Below are positions 28,553-39,771 of a stretch of 64,000 nt of DNA, piece after piece. Under the pieces are notes generated by a model, which saw only the letters and a list, made by a program, of their open reading frames with translations, had not been told where the DNA came from and made no database searches. Source of the stretch: an uncultured Planctomycetales bacterium. Lineage in GTDB: Bacteria > Omnitrophota > Gorgyraeia > Gygaellales > Profunditerraquicolaceae. Both the position numbers and the translations under genes were made by a program. Location: contig CAZYCL010000002.1 of the NCBI GenBank assembly GCA_964645795.1, positions 144,352 through 208,351 of the forward strand. The letters run 5' to 3'. The number at the start of each line of letters is the position of its first letter. The stretch's first letter is position 1.

Positions 28553-29950
28553 CTACTCTAGCAACACTTCTTCGTCGCTCGAAGGCAGGTACGCATCCAG
28601 CCCCATCCCGGAAAGGCCTTCAAAAAGCGCCTGCGACTGTTCGCTGTCACCGTGAACAAGGAAAATCCTCTTTACCGGCAGACAGTTGTTAACAAACTCC
28701 AGCAGCTCGTTTTTGTCGGCGTGCCCCGAGAATGCGTCGATCACCACCACCTCGGCGTTCAACTCATGCTCTATGCCGAAGATGCGCACAAAAGGCTGCT
28801 TCTGGACGATCCTCCTGCCCAGGGTATCCCTGGCCATATAGCCGACCACCAGGACGGTATTGCGCGAATCTTCGATATTATTGGCAAGGTGGTGCAATAC
28901 TCTTCCCGATTCGCACATGCCGGAGCCGGCCAAAATGATCATCGGGCGGCGGTCGGTATTCAGGGCCTTTGATTCGTGCTGCTGACGAATGAATTTAAGG
29001 TTAAGGAACTCAAAAGGGCTTTGGCCCTTATCGATATAGTCCCGCGTCGTAGCGTTCATATATCCAGAGTGATACTTGAACATCTCGGTGATATCAAAGG
29101 CTAAGGGGCTATCCACGTATATCGGCATGGCAGGAATAGCCTTTTCTTTCAAAAGCTCGCTTAAAAAGTAGAGCACCTCCTGGGTGCGCTCAAGGGAAAA
29201 AGCAGGAATGATGATCTTGCCCCGGCGCTCCACCGTCCGGTTGATCACATCCTTAAGTATTGACTTGGCTTCTTCTATCGGGGCATGCAGCCTTGCCCCG
29301 TAAGTGCTCTCCAGGATAAGATAATCCAACCTCTCGGGGACCTCGGGGTTGTTGAGTATCGGCAGGTTCTTCCTGCCCAGATCTACGGCATAACCTATGC
29401 GTATGGGACGGCTGCTTGAACCCTGGACATCCAGAAGCACAATGCTTGAGCCAAGGATATGTCCGGCATCTATAAGGGTAACAAATATCCCCTTAGCTAT
29501 GCAAAAACGCTGGTTATAGGAGATGGGGCGAAAGAGCTTTATCGCCCTTGAGGCTTCCTTGCGGGTATAAAGGGGTTTACGCGCAGACAGGCCCATCCTT
29601 TTGTTTATTTTATTGAGATAGCGGATATCCTCTTCCTGTATCTTGCCTGAATCCTCAAGCATGAGCCTGGCAAGGTCTTTGGTGGCGGAAGTCGCGTAGA
29701 TCTTGCAGCGCATGCCTTTCTTGATGAGGCTGGGGATATTGCCGCAGTGGTCGACGTGCGCATGAGAAAGGACCATGGCGTTGAGCTTGCGGGGATTGAA
29801 GGAAAAATTGGTATTTAACTCATAGAACTGCTCGCGCCGGCCCTGGAAGAGCCCGGCGTCGATAAGTACATCGGAGTATTCGGTAGAGACCAAGTGCGAT
29901 GAGCCGGTAACGCTCCTGACCCCTCCCAGGAATTTTATTCTCGTCTGCAT
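28553..29950 (-). CDS. MBL-fold beta-CASP family ribonuclease (RNase J/CPSF-like)
   Basis: 465 aa. Contains the HAHVDHCG metallo-beta-lactamase motif and the downstream beta-CASP and RNA-metabolising domain pattern. Confidence 0.85.
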   Translation of the reverse strand: MQTRIKFLGGVRSVTGSSHLVSTEYSDVLIDAGLFQGRREQFYELNTNFSFNPRKLNAMVLSHAHVDHCGNIPSLIKKGMRCKIYATSATKDLARLMLEDSGKIQEEDIRYLNKINKRMGLSARKPLYTRKEASRAIKLFRPISYNQRFCIAKGIFVTLIDAGHILGSSIVLLDVQGSSSRPIRIGYAVDLGRKNLPILNNPEVPERLDYLILESTYGARLHAPIEEAKSILKDVINRTVERRGKIIIPAFSLERTQEVLYFLSELLKEKAIPAMPIYVDSPLAFDITEMFKYHSGYMNATTRDYIDKGQSPFEFLNLKFIRQQHESKALNTDRRPMIILAGSGMCESGRVLHHLANNIEDSRNTVLVVGYMARDTLGRRIVQKQPFVRIFGIEHELNAEVVVIDAFSGHADKNELLEFVNNCLPVKRIFLVHGDSEQSQALFEGLSGMGLDAYLPSSDEEVLLE

Positions 29951-29952
29951 GC

Positions 29953-30630
29953 CTATCCTTTGGATTTCAGCTTGATTATCACCAACGGGATGAGGATCAT
30001 GTACAATGCGCTTACTAACAGCAAAAGCCTGTTCTTCATGAAATAATCCATGAGCACGGCGGGTTCAAAGACGCTGCTGCCTACGCCGTAGAGGATGTAC
30101 TGTATCCAGAATATCTTAAGGGGCGAACCCAGGAGCGAAGCGGTAAAATACTTGCCAAACCCTATACCCGTAAGGCCCGCAGCAATATCGAGGAAGCGAT
30201 ACGGGATCAGGGGCGCAGCCCGGAAAACGAATAACCAGGCAAAGTTGATACTCCCCAGCTTCTCATCAAGCCTTTTGTATCTGCCGCTGAGGTTCTTCTC
30301 CAGGAACCCCCGCCCCAGGCGGCGGGAGAGGTAGAACAGGATGATGAGATTTACCATCTCCGCTGCCAGGATAAGAACGGAGCTGCCGAAAGCCCCGAAT
30401 AAAACCACTCCCATCAGCCAAAAGGCGTCTTTTGCCAACCATACAAAAAATGTGATCGTTACATAGAGCAGAATAAACAGGAATCCGCTTAACAGGAGCG
30501 GGACGCCGCCCAGCCTGTTCTGGATCATGCCGAAATCCAGACCGCAACTCCTGCCATGGCAGAAAAGCAAGGCGGAAAGCACAAGCAGTATGATAAAACC
30601 TATCTCATTGCGGTATTTTTTAAGCTCCAT
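29953..30630 (-). CDS. DedA/TVP38 (VTT-domain) family membrane protein
   Basis: 225 aa with multiple TM helices. Sequence pattern resembles the SNARE-associated/DedA family. Confidence 0.5.
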   Translation of the reverse strand: MELKKYRNEIGFIILLVLSALLFCHGRSCGLDFGMIQNRLGGVPLLLSGFLFILLYVTITFFVWLAKDAFWLMGVVLFGAFGSSVLILAAEMVNLIILFYLSRRLGRGFLEKNLSGRYKRLDEKLGSINFAWLFVFRAAPLIPYRFLDIAAGLTGIGFGKYFTASLLGSPLKIFWIQYILYGVGSSVFEPAVLMDYFMKNRLLLLVSALYMILIPLVIIKLKSKG

Positions 30631-30637
30631 GGAAATA

Positions 30638-32161
30638 TCAAGTCACGAATAGATTACGGGAAGAGAACCTGCCGTCGGTAGTAAGGTTAACCCCCAGGCG
30701 TTTGAGCCCCACTTCGTCTCCCGGGGTGGGTATATGGGTCATGTGGACCTCGCAGCCTTTAAGCTCCGAGAGTTTTTTCATGGCAAGCTCCGCGGTATGA
30801 TTGGTAGTGGCGCTGATGGAGAGGGCGATCAGCGTCTCTTCCAGATCAAGGCTTTCTGACTCCATGCCCAGGATATCTTCTTTAAGGCGGGCGATCTGGC
30901 CGATGACATGAGGAGATAATAATAGTATCTCATCCGGGATCCTGGCCAGGACCTTTAGGGCGTTTAATATGAGGCTGGAGGCGGCGTGCATAAGCTTGGA
31001 GTTCTTGCCGGTAATGATGACGCCGCCGATAAGCTCCATGGCTGCGCCGCAATAGATGCCTTCATTGCCTTTGCCGCCTGACTCGGCTTCTTCGGCTGCC
31101 CGGCGAGAAACCTCGACAACTTTGCGGTCGGTAACTTTTACCCCCAGCTCCTCCATCAGCATCAAGACCCTGTCCACGGTCTCTTTTCTCTCCACCCCCA
31201 GCACATACTCGCTGTTGTAGCGGAAGTACCTTCGGATGAGCTCCTGTTTGGCGGCCTCCTGAACGACTGAATCGTTGATGATGCCAAACCCTGCACGGTT
31301 GACGCCCATATCCGTCGGAGACTTGTACATAGGCAGGTTTACGTTTTGGTCCAGTATCCTGGAGAGCATCAGTTTAAGTATGGGAAAACTCTCCACGTCC
31401 CGGTTGTAATTTATCGCCGTTTCCTTATATTCGCTAAGATGGAACGGGTCTACAAGGTTGAAATCCTGGATGTCGGCGGTCGCCGCTTCATAAGCGACGT
31501 TAACCGGATGCTTCAGGGGGAGGTTCCAGATCGGAAAGGTCTCAAACTTGGCGTATCCCGGGTTCAGGCCGCGCCTGTGCTCATGATAGAGCTGCGACAG
31601 GCAAATGGAAAGCTTGCCGCTGTTAGGGCCGGGGGCAGTGACTACTACTATAGGTTTTTTTGTTTCTATATACTCGTTCTTACCGAAACCCTCATCGGCG
31701 ATTATCGTATCTATATCGGTAGGGTAGCCTTCGATGGGATAATGCAGGCATACCTTTACGCCCCTTCTCTCAAGCTTGTTCTTGAATATCGCCGCCGCGG
31801 ATTGCCCCGAAAAACGCGTGATCACTACCGCCGCCACATCCAGACCCCAGCCTCTTAAATCATCGATAAGCTTAAAGGTCGCCGCATCGTAGGTTATGCC
31901 GAAATCGCCCCTAACCCTGCCCTTCTCGATGTCCGCCGCATATATACCCAAGACAATGTCTATCTTGTCTTTGAGCTGCTGCAGCAGGCGGATCTTTACG
32001 TTGGGGTCATAACCCGGCAGTACCCTGGCGGCATGATAATCGAAGCAAAGCTTGCCGCCAAACTCAAGGTAGAGCTTGTTACCCAGCTGCTTTACGCGCT
32101 CAAGTATCGCATTTGTCTGTTCGCGAAGATATTTGTCGTTATCGAATCCGCGTGCATTCAT
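30638..32161 (-). CDS. DUF1846 (UPF0371) family protein
   Basis: 507 aa. The conserved YLEFGGKL..D.HAARVLPGY.P..KI.LLQ motifs of the UPF0371 family extend along the full length. Confidence 0.75.
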   Translation of the reverse strand: MNARGFDNDKYLREQTNAILERVKQLGNKLYLEFGGKLCFDYHAARVLPGYDPNVKIRLLQQLKDKIDIVLGIYAADIEKGRVRGDFGITYDAATFKLIDDLRGWGLDVAAVVITRFSGQSAAAIFKNKLERRGVKVCLHYPIEGYPTDIDTIIADEGFGKNEYIETKKPIVVVTAPGPNSGKLSICLSQLYHEHRRGLNPGYAKFETFPIWNLPLKHPVNVAYEAATADIQDFNLVDPFHLSEYKETAINYNRDVESFPILKLMLSRILDQNVNLPMYKSPTDMGVNRAGFGIINDSVVQEAAKQELIRRYFRYNSEYVLGVERKETVDRVLMLMEELGVKVTDRKVVEVSRRAAEEAESGGKGNEGIYCGAAMELIGGVIITGKNSKLMHAASSLILNALKVLARIPDEILLLSPHVIGQIARLKEDILGMESESLDLEETLIALSISATTNHTAELAMKKLSELKGCEVHMTHIPTPGDEVGLKRLGVNLTTDGRFSSRNLFVT

Positions 32162-32273
32162 ATTTTTGCCGATGAATATTATATGGGAATGGAGGCGGTT
32201 TGTAAAGCAAGAACCTTGCAGGGGAGAATACTGTTGATTTGTGCCGGATTCCGAGTTATGATACGCCTATAAC

Positions 32274-33866
32274 ATGAAGAAAACGGTCAATTTGCTCTTG
32301 ATCACGCTGATATTATTTGCGCAGGTTTATGTCAGCTATCTTATCCTTAAAAGAAACGAGGTCCCGCGGCTCTTCGATGAATACGCCAGGGTAGAAAAGT
32401 TTTTCGTCCTGCGTTATGGCTTGATCGACAAAGACAACCTGCCCCTTTTTGCCAGGATCAAAGAGCACCTGCTTACGCTTGATACCGCACAGGCCCACCC
32501 CCACTTCTACGAGCTGGTCGGCGCTGTCTCCAGGAAAATACTAAGGACGCTGGGGATCTTCGGCATAGACGAGGCCATCCTCCTGGCCGACGGTTTTTTC
32601 CTGGCCATGCTTCTTTTTAGCATCTACGGCCTCGGCTGCCTAATCTTAAGCCCTGGCGCAGGGCTACTGGCCGCCGCGATGATCTCGTGTTTTCCCCTCG
32701 TCTTTGCGCACTCCAGGGTAGCGATGCTGGATTTTCCCCTGATGTGCATGTTGACGCTGACCTTCTATCTGCTGCTGCGCACGCAAGGATTGCGATCATT
32801 GACATTCAGCATACTCACCGGCATCTTTTTGGGTCTGGCCCAGCACACCAAAGAAGGAGCGATCTTTTTCGCGCTCCCGGTGCTGGCCTATTTTTTTATC
32901 TCCTGCCTGAAAAACCCCGCAAATAGAAAAAGGGTCCTTTTGAACATCTCGGTGGTCACCGTGCTGTTTCTGATCATTGCCGGCAGCCTGTTCTTCAGGA
33001 AAGAAAACAGCTTTGTGTTTGCCATCGCCCTCCAGAGGACGCTATACCAAAATAACTTTTTCGACCCCTTCTTCTATTTCAATCACCTGGTAGACATCAT
33101 CGGCCCCCTGATGCTGGTATTTGCCCTGCCGCTTGCTGCCAGCTACCTGTTTAATCTGCGCCAAAGGAACAAGCTTTTATTCCTATGGTTCTTTCTACCT
33201 TTGGCCTTCTTAAGCTTCCTGCATAACCGGGAAGCGCGCTTTCTCCTGCCCGCGCTTCCGGCGCTGGCGCTGATCGTCTCTTGCGAAATATCAAGCAGCG
33301 ATATCCTCAAAAAGGCAAGGAGCATAGCCGCCTGGCTCCTGGCATGCCTGTGCCTGGCGCAATACGGCCTATTCAATTTGGGCCTGACAAGCTATGTGCT
33401 GTTGGGGCGGGGCAGTTGGCATCCTTCTCAGGTAGGCGTGCTAAACGCCAAGAATAAATACAAGAACTCGGGGCTGGCAGGAAAAGTGCTGGAGGCGCTT
33501 AAGAGAAACCCGCTTACGGATAAGAAAACAGGCAAGATAACTTTTATCTGTAATATCGACGGCGCCGAATACGCCCTGAATCTTAAATTACATCAGACCG
33601 AGATTGGCCTGTACGCCCGCAACCCTTTGGGCGTGGACAGCATAGGTTATGTTTACGACAAAAGGGACATGGAGAAGACGATCCGGGATTCGGATTATGT
33701 GATAGATATGCCTAAGGAACATAAAAAACCGAAGCCTCATATGCTGCGAAGGCTGGAGGCACTGGATGCTGTTTTTGCCAAACAAAAGGATAAATTCACC
33801 AAAATAGCTGAAATCCATACCGATGACGGGATCCCGGTAAGCATTTATAAAAGGGATTCTCCTTAA
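32274..33866 (+). CDS. GT-C family membrane glycosyltransferase (ArnT/PMT_2-like), second copy
   Basis: 530 aa, polytopic N-terminal half with a soluble C-terminal domain. PMT_2-like pattern. Confidence 0.7.
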   Translation: MKKTVNLLLITLILFAQVYVSYLILKRNEVPRLFDEYARVEKFFVLRYGLIDKDNLPLFARIKEHLLTLDTAQAHPHFYELVGAVSRKILRTLGIFGIDEAILLADGFFLAMLLFSIYGLGCLILSPGAGLLAAAMISCFPLVFAHSRVAMLDFPLMCMLTLTFYLLLRTQGLRSLTFSILTGIFLGLAQHTKEGAIFFALPVLAYFFISCLKNPANRKRVLLNISVVTVLFLIIAGSLFFRKENSFVFAIALQRTLYQNNFFDPFFYFNHLVDIIGPLMLVFALPLAASYLFNLRQRNKLLFLWFFLPLAFLSFLHNREARFLLPALPALALIVSCEISSSDILKKARSIAAWLLACLCLAQYGLFNLGLTSYVLLGRGSWHPSQVGVLNAKNKYKNSGLAGKVLEALKRNPLTDKKTGKITFICNIDGAEYALNLKLHQTEIGLYARNPLGVDSIGYVYDKRDMEKTIRDSDYVIDMPKEHKKPKPHMLRRLEALDAVFAKQKDKFTKIAEIHTDDGIPVSIYKRDSP

Positions 33867-33889
33867 AAATGCGCCGATTCGGCGAAGAC

Positions 33890-35551
33890 TTATTTATCGT
33901 AGGTGGAATAGAAATACGGGGTGTGGGCCTGGAACTCGGCGGCGCAGGTATCGACCAGCTTGAAATCGGGATTAACATCTTCGGATCTGCGTAACTTTGA
34001 GATCTCATCCTCGGTCCTTTTAAAAATCCTGGCCAGCTGCGTGTCGCTGAATCCGTTTTTCTTGGCCTGGATCAGGACGTCTCTGGACGGAGGGTATGCT
34101 TGGCAGGCGAGCTTTCTTTCAAGGTCGACGATCTCCTTTATGTTGCTAAGGAACCACTTATCGATAAACGTCAATTCATGGATCTTGTCTATATCCATGC
34201 CGCAGCGCAAGGCGTCCCCGATATAAAATATCCTTTCGGCGTTAGGCGTCCTTAGTTTGCGGGTTATCTCCTCTAGCGCCAGATGGCCGGCAGCCGTATT
34301 GCGCACGTCCTTAAATAACATGCTCTCAAGGCCTGACTTTTTTATCTCGAGGCTGCGCAGGCCCTTCTGCAGCGCTTCTTTAAAGGTCCTCCCTATGGCC
34401 ATCGCCTCCCCCACCGATTTCATGGAAACGTTAAGACTGGGGTCGGTGGATGAGAACTTTTCGAAAGTAAAGCGCGGGACCTTGACCACGCAGTAGTCGA
34501 TGGCCGGCTCAAAACAGGCGGGGGTTTCGCGGGTTATGTCATTGGGGATCTCATCGAGGGTATAGCCCACAGCCAGCTTTGCCGCGATCTTGGCTATCGG
34601 AAAACCGGTAGCTTTCGATGCCAGGGCGGAGCTGCGCGAAACGCGAGGGTTCATTTCGATCACCACCATCCTGCCGTTTGAGGGGTTGACCGCGAACTGT
34701 ATATTGGAGCCTCCGGTCTCAACGCCTATCTCTCTTATGCAGGCGATGGCCGCATCGCGCATGTGCTGGTATTCTTTATCGGTGAGCGTCTGGATAGGCG
34801 CTACCGTGATGCTGTCACCGGTATGCACGCCCATGGGATCGAAGTTCTCGATGGAGCAGATGATCACAACATTGTCTTTGAGGTCGCGCATGACCTCAAG
34901 CTCAAACTCTTTCCATCCGACCACCGACTCTTCGATAAGCACTTCGCTGATCATGCTGGCCTCCAAACCTATTTTGGCAAGCCGTTTGAACTCCTCGATA
35001 TTGTAAGCGATGCTGCCGCCGGTTCCGCCTAAAGTAAAGCTGGGGCGGATTATTGCGGGAAACCCGATATCCTGGGCGGCGGATACGGCTTCGTCTATCG
35101 TATAGGCTTTGCGGCTCTTAGGCAGGTCCAGCCCGATCTTCTCCATCGCCTTCTTAAAAAGCTGCCTGTCTTCGCCCTTTTTGATAGCCCGGATGTTGGC
35201 GCCTATGGTCTCAACCTTGTACTTCTTCAAAACCCCGCTTTCTGCCAACTCCACGGCTCTATTCAGCGCGGTCTGCCCTCCAAGGGTGGGCAGAAGCGCC
35301 TGCGGCCTTTCTTTGGCTATTATCTTCTCTATCGCTTCAACGGTTATCGGTTCAATATAGGTAGAGTCGGCGATCTGAGGGTCGGTCATGATGGTCGCGG
35401 GGTTGGAATTGACCAGGATCACCTTGAACCCCTCTTGCTTAAGGACTTTACAGGCCTGGGTCCCTGAATAATCGAACTCGCAGGCCTGCCCGATGACGAT
35501 AGGGCCGCTGCCGATGATTAGGATCTTCTTGATGTCTTTGCGTTTAGGCAT
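33890..35551 (-). CDS. carB: Carbamoyl-phosphate synthase large subunit, N-terminal half only (split carB)
   Basis: 553 aa. Begins [21 protein letters not shown], the first ATP-grasp repeat. Ends ...[20 protein letters not shown], exactly where the second homologous half begins in full-length CarB. Confidence 0.9.
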   Translation of the reverse strand: MPKRKDIKKILIIGSGPIVIGQACEFDYSGTQACKVLKQEGFKVILVNSNPATIMTDPQIADSTYIEPITVEAIEKIIAKERPQALLPTLGGQTALNRAVELAESGVLKKYKVETIGANIRAIKKGEDRQLFKKAMEKIGLDLPKSRKAYTIDEAVSAAQDIGFPAIIRPSFTLGGTGGSIAYNIEEFKRLAKIGLEASMISEVLIEESVVGWKEFELEVMRDLKDNVVIICSIENFDPMGVHTGDSITVAPIQTLTDKEYQHMRDAAIACIREIGVETGGSNIQFAVNPSNGRMVVIEMNPRVSRSSALASKATGFPIAKIAAKLAVGYTLDEIPNDITRETPACFEPAIDYCVVKVPRFTFEKFSSTDPSLNVSMKSVGEAMAIGRTFKEALQKGLRSLEIKKSGLESMLFKDVRNTAAGHLALEEITRKLRTPNAERIFYIGDALRCGMDIDKIHELTFIDKWFLSNIKEIVDLERKLACQAYPPSRDVLIQAKKNGFSDTQLARIFKRTEDEISKLRRSEDVNPDFKLVDTCAAEFQAHTPYFYSTYDK

Positions 35552-35575
35552 GTATTAAACAGTTATACCGGAAAT

Positions 35576-36673
35576 TTATCTCTTCGTGCGCTTGTGTTTC
35601 TTCATCAATTCTACGAACTCGCCGAACAGGTAGCCTGATTCGCGCGGTCCGGGAGAAGCTTCGGGATGGAACTGGACGGAAAATACGGGCAGCTTCCTAT
35701 GCCTTAAGCCCTCCATGGTCTTGTCATTAAGATTTATGTGGGTCATCTCGATCTCCTTCTTATCCAGGGAATCGATGTCCACGCAGAAGCCGTGGTTCTG
35801 GGAAGTGATATAAACCCTTCCCGTTCGCAAGTCTTTTACCGGATGATTGGCTCCGTGATGGCCAAACTTCAATTTGTAGGTCTTGCCCCCGAAAGCCAGC
35901 CCCAGCATCTGATGCCCAATACAATTGCCGAAGACAGGGAGTTTTCCGACCAGCGACTGCACGGTCTTAACGACATAGGTGACCGGCTCCGGGTCCCCGG
36001 GACCGTTGGAAAGAAGCAGGCCGTCCGGGCAAAAACCCATTATATCTTTTGCCGGCGTACTGGCAGGCACCACGATCAGACGGCAATTATGCATCTGGAG
36101 CCGGCGCAGCATATTATACTTTAGCCCGCAATCAAGGACGACTACGCATAGAGACCTGCCTTCGGCCTTTTCCCACTCATATTTTCTCTCGATGGCAACG
36201 TCCTTGACCAGATCAACGCCCACCAAACCGCAAGAATCCTTGGCTTTCTTTACAAGGCTGGCCTCATCGTGGTCGAGCGCCGAAATAACAGCCTTCATCG
36301 CTCCGCGTTGGCGGATATGAAGGGTGAGCGCGCGGGTATCTATCCCCTCTATGCCCACTATTTTGTTAAGCTTAAGGTAGTCGCCAAGTGAGTTTTGGCT
36401 GCGCCAGTTGCTATGAATCTTGCTGTATTCCCTCACCGCAAATCCGCTCAAGAACGGACGCCGGGACTCAATATCAGTTTCGTTTATGCCGTAATTGCCT
36501 ATTAAAGGATAGGTCATGGCCACGATCTGTCCTTTATAAGAAGGGTCGGTGATTATCTCCTGGTAGCCGGCCATACTGGTGTTAAACACCACCTCCCCGA
36601 AGCTCTCTCCGGACCAGCCGAAAGATTCTCCCTTAAATACCGCTCCGTCTTCCAGCGCCAATACCGCCTTCAA
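35576..36673 (-). CDS. carA: Carbamoyl-phosphate synthase small (glutaminase) subunit
   Basis: 365 aa. CarA N-domain plus class I glutamine amidotransferase domain, with the catalytic Cys in GNCIGHQML. Confidence 0.93.
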   Translation of the reverse strand: MKAVLALEDGAVFKGESFGWSGESFGEVVFNTSMAGYQEIITDPSYKGQIVAMTYPLIGNYGINETDIESRRPFLSGFAVREYSKIHSNWRSQNSLGDYLKLNKIVGIEGIDTRALTLHIRQRGAMKAVISALDHDEASLVKKAKDSCGLVGVDLVKDVAIERKYEWEKAEGRSLCVVVLDCGLKYNMLRRLQMHNCRLIVVPASTPAKDIMGFCPDGLLLSNGPGDPEPVTYVVKTVQSLVGKLPVFGNCIGHQMLGLAFGGKTYKLKFGHHGANHPVKDLRTGRVYITSQNHGFCVDIDSLDKKEIEMTHINLNDKTMEGLRHRKLPVFSVQFHPEASPGPRESGYLFGEFVELMKKHKRTKR

Positions 36674-38277
36674 CTCGAACTCCTTTCCAGGGCCGCTTTT
36701 ATGAAATGCCTGAACAGCGGATGCGCGTTATCGGGCTTGGATTTGAACTCCGGATGAAACTGCACTGCGATAAAATAGGGGTGCCCGCGCAGCTCAACGA
36801 TCTCTATCAGGTTCTTTTTCTCATATACCCCTGAAAACACCAATCCCTTGTCTTCCATTCTCTTCTTGAACTTATTATTGAACTCGTACCTGTGCCTATG
36901 CCTCTCCGATACCGAAGTCTTTGCGTAGACCCTGGAGGCCAATGTCCCTTTCTTTATGCGGCAGGGATAAGCGCCCAGGCGCATCGTGCCTCCGAGGTCC
37001 TTGACCTTTAACTGCTCCTCAAGCAGGGAGATGACCGGGTATTTCGTCCGGGGCCTAAACTCCGTAGAATCAGCGCCCTTCATACCGCAAGCCCCACGGG
37101 CAAACTCGATAACTGCCGCCTGCATCCCCAGGCATAATCCCAAAAACGGGACCTTATGCGTGCGGGCATAATTGATCGCCCGGATCTTTCCCTCTACCCC
37201 CCGCCCGCCAAAACCTCCGGGTATAAGGATACCGTCTATACCGGCAAGCATATCCTGCGCCTGCCCATCTTCCAGCTCTTCCGAATCTACCTTTTGGATC
37301 TCAACCCTGGAGTCATTGGCAATCCCCGCGTGGATCAGGGCCTCATATATGGACTTATAGGCGTCCTGAAGCCCGATGTATTTACCGACTACCGCGATCT
37401 TGACTTTTAGCTTTGGGTTAAGCGCTTTTTCTACGACACCGCGCTCCCAGTCTTTTAAGTCAGAGGCCCGGCTTATCAGGCCAAAATGCCCGAGTATTAT
37501 CTCATCAAGTATCTGGCTCTTGAATACCAGCGGAACCTCATAAATAGAGGCGACGTCTATCGATTCGATCACCGCTTCCTTGCGGACGTTGCAAAACAGG
37601 GATATCTTTTCCTTGATCTCCTGCGACAGGGGTTTTTCGGTGCGGCATACCAGAATATCAGGCTGTATGCCGATCTCGCGTAAGGTGCCTACGCTATGCT
37701 GGGTAGGCTTGGTCTTGATCTCCTGCGCAACCTTGATGTAGGGCACCAGGGTCAGATGTATATAAAGCGTATTATTGCGGCCCACATCGAGTCCGAACTG
37801 GCGTGCCGCCTCCAGAAACGGCAGGCTTTCGATATCCCCCACCGTCCCGCCGATCTCGACGATCGCTATCTGCGCCCCCGAAACCTGCGCAACCTTGGCG
37901 ATCCTTTGTTTTATCTCATCCGTAATGTGCGGAATGACCTGGATAGTCTTGCCCAAATAATCTCCCCGCCTCTCCCGCGAGATGACCTCATGATACACCT
38001 GACCGGTAGTCGCGTTATTGAACCGGGTCATCGTGGCGGAGGTAAACCTTTCGTAATGGCCCAGGTCCAGGTCCGTCTCCGCCCCGTCATCGGTGACATA
38101 TACCTCGCCGTGCTGGTATGGATTCATCGTCCCGGGATCCACGTTGATATAAGGGTCGAGCTTCATCAGTGTTACTTTTAAACCCCGGGATTCCAGGATC
38201 TTGGCGATGGAAGCGCTAGCAATGCCCTTACCGAGGCTGGAGATCACTCCGCCGGTTATGAATATGTATTTGGTCAT
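36670..38277 (-). CDS. pyrG: CTP synthase
   Basis: 535 aa. Begins [19 protein letters not shown], with a C-terminal GATase domain (GLCLGMQ). Confidence 0.95.
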   Translation of the reverse strand: MTKYIFITGGVISSLGKGIASASIAKILESRGLKVTLMKLDPYINVDPGTMNPYQHGEVYVTDDGAETDLDLGHYERFTSATMTRFNNATTGQVYHEVISRERRGDYLGKTIQVIPHITDEIKQRIAKVAQVSGAQIAIVEIGGTVGDIESLPFLEAARQFGLDVGRNNTLYIHLTLVPYIKVAQEIKTKPTQHSVGTLREIGIQPDILVCRTEKPLSQEIKEKISLFCNVRKEAVIESIDVASIYEVPLVFKSQILDEIILGHFGLISRASDLKDWERGVVEKALNPKLKVKIAVVGKYIGLQDAYKSIYEALIHAGIANDSRVEIQKVDSEELEDGQAQDMLAGIDGILIPGGFGGRGVEGKIRAINYARTHKVPFLGLCLGMQAAVIEFARGACGMKGADSTEFRPRTKYPVISLLEEQLKVKDLGGTMRLGAYPCRIKKGTLASRVYAKTSVSERHRHRYEFNNKFKKRMEDKGLVFSGVYEKKNLIEIVELRGHPYFIAVQFHPEFKSKPDNAHPLFRHFIKAALERSSS

Positions 38278-38292
38278 AAGCCGCCTCTACAT

Positions 38293-38333
38293 ATAAAAAG
38301 GCGTTTTCAGCCGACACTCCTGCTGAAAACGCC
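38293..38333 (-). terminator. Intrinsic terminator downstream of the HD-GYP gene
   Basis: 11-bp stem GGCGTTTTCAG/CTGAAAACGCC with a 12-nt loop, followed on the minus strand by TTTTTATAT. Confidence 0.7.
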
Positions 38334-38397
38334 ATTGTTTGTTATTAACCAGTTCCTCTTTGAACCGTCTTTATTATAGCAAGCGGGCGGGAAGAAG

Positions 38398-39771
38398 TCA
38401 ATTCCTTTCTGGCCTAAAGCTTGCGGCAAGGCTTACGTAATCCTTACCCTCGGTGTAGGGGTTAAGGTAGCGCTCTATCTTGATCTTGTCCTTGGAGGCC
38501 CTTAAGTCCGCTATTTCCCTGGCTTGTTCGGGATGTATTATCCCCACCTTAGGAGAAAATATATCGTCCTCGTTCTCGTCCGTGACGACGCCGATCCTTT
38601 TATCGGAAAGCTCCACTATCGAACCTATCGGCCAGACGCCCATAAACTGAAAGAACCTGTCCGCCAGCCACGGATCGAAGGTGCTCCCTTTGTCGCCGGA
38701 TATAATGCTGTAGATCTTATCCGGCGGGTAATCCGCCTTATAACCGCGCCGCTCCGAGAGCGCGTCGTAGACATCGCATATGGAGACGATAGAGGAAGCC
38801 AGATGCTGTTTCTTGGGATTATATTTCATCTTAGGGTAGCCCTTCAGGTCGAATTTTAGGTGATGCTCGAAGGCTACCACCACCGGTAATATCCCTAATG
38901 TATCGGTATACTTCAAGAGGAGCTGCGAACCCTGCACCGTGTGGCTGTTCATCTGGGAGAACTCTTCATCGGTGAGCCTGCCGGGCTTACGGATGATCCT
39001 GCGCGAGATCAGGAGCTTTCCGATGTCGTGGAAGAGCCCGGCAATGCCTATCTCCATCACTACATCCTTGGCAAACCCGAGCCGGGAGGCAAAATGCATG
39101 GCCAGGATCGAGACTTTGAGCATATGGGCGTATGTGCCCATGTCGTATCTTTTCAGCGTTATAAGCTTAAGGAACTCCTGGTGGCGGCAAATAAGATTTT
39201 CCAGGATGCTGTTGATGGCGAATTTGAATACCGTGCCGTCCACCGCCTCGGCGTCAATGACCCTGGCGATAGACCCGGATATATTATCCGCGCTGTTCTC
39301 AAAGACATCCAGATCGTAAGCTTCTTGGCGCGTATCGGCGCTTTGGCGCGCCTTCGACTGGCCGGCCTTAAGCTTACCGGCAGTGACGTTCTTGATGCCC
39401 AGCGCCGACAGCTGCTCCTGAAAATCTTTCCCGCTTTCTTCCGTCGGGGCCAAAAGGAGCTCTATCAGGCCCTGGAGCTCTTTCTTCGCCAGGCCCCGGT
39501 AAAAAGCGATTCGCTCGATGCCCCTGCTCTTAATGAAGAGTATAGCGGGTTTATTCATTTTGCTTAGCTCAAAAAATATATCTTTTTCGAAAGCCAGCTC
39601 CTCGCCGATTATGCCGAAGGTCACTTCGGATCTGTTCTGCAGTATCTGAGTAAGGCCCTGGTAGGCCTTCTCCACCGCCTTTTCAAAAAGAGGGTGGTTG
39701 GCCCCGTATAGCCTGGAGGCCTGGATACCGGCTAACAGATCCTTGAAAAACTGCTCTATATTAGCTGACAT
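38398..39771 (-). CDS. HD-GYP domain c-di-GMP phosphodiesterase with an N-terminal DUF3391-like sensory domain
   Basis: 457 aa. Has the HDIGK metal-binding motif, the HHLKFDLKGYPK (GYP) motif, and an N-terminal domain of about 230 aa. Confidence 0.85.
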   Translation of the reverse strand: MSANIEQFFKDLLAGIQASRLYGANHPLFEKAVEKAYQGLTQILQNRSEVTFGIIGEELAFEKDIFFELSKMNKPAILFIKSRGIERIAFYRGLAKKELQGLIELLLAPTEESGKDFQEQLSALGIKNVTAGKLKAGQSKARQSADTRQEAYDLDVFENSADNISGSIARVIDAEAVDGTVFKFAINSILENLICRHQEFLKLITLKRYDMGTYAHMLKVSILAMHFASRLGFAKDVVMEIGIAGLFHDIGKLLISRRIIRKPGRLTDEEFSQMNSHTVQGSQLLLKYTDTLGILPVVVAFEHHLKFDLKGYPKMKYNPKKQHLASSIVSICDVYDALSERRGYKADYPPDKIYSIISGDKGSTFDPWLADRFFQFMGVWPIGSIVELSDKRIGVVTDENEDDIFSPKVGIIHPEQAREIADLRASKDKIKIERYLNPYTEGKDYVSLAASFRPERN

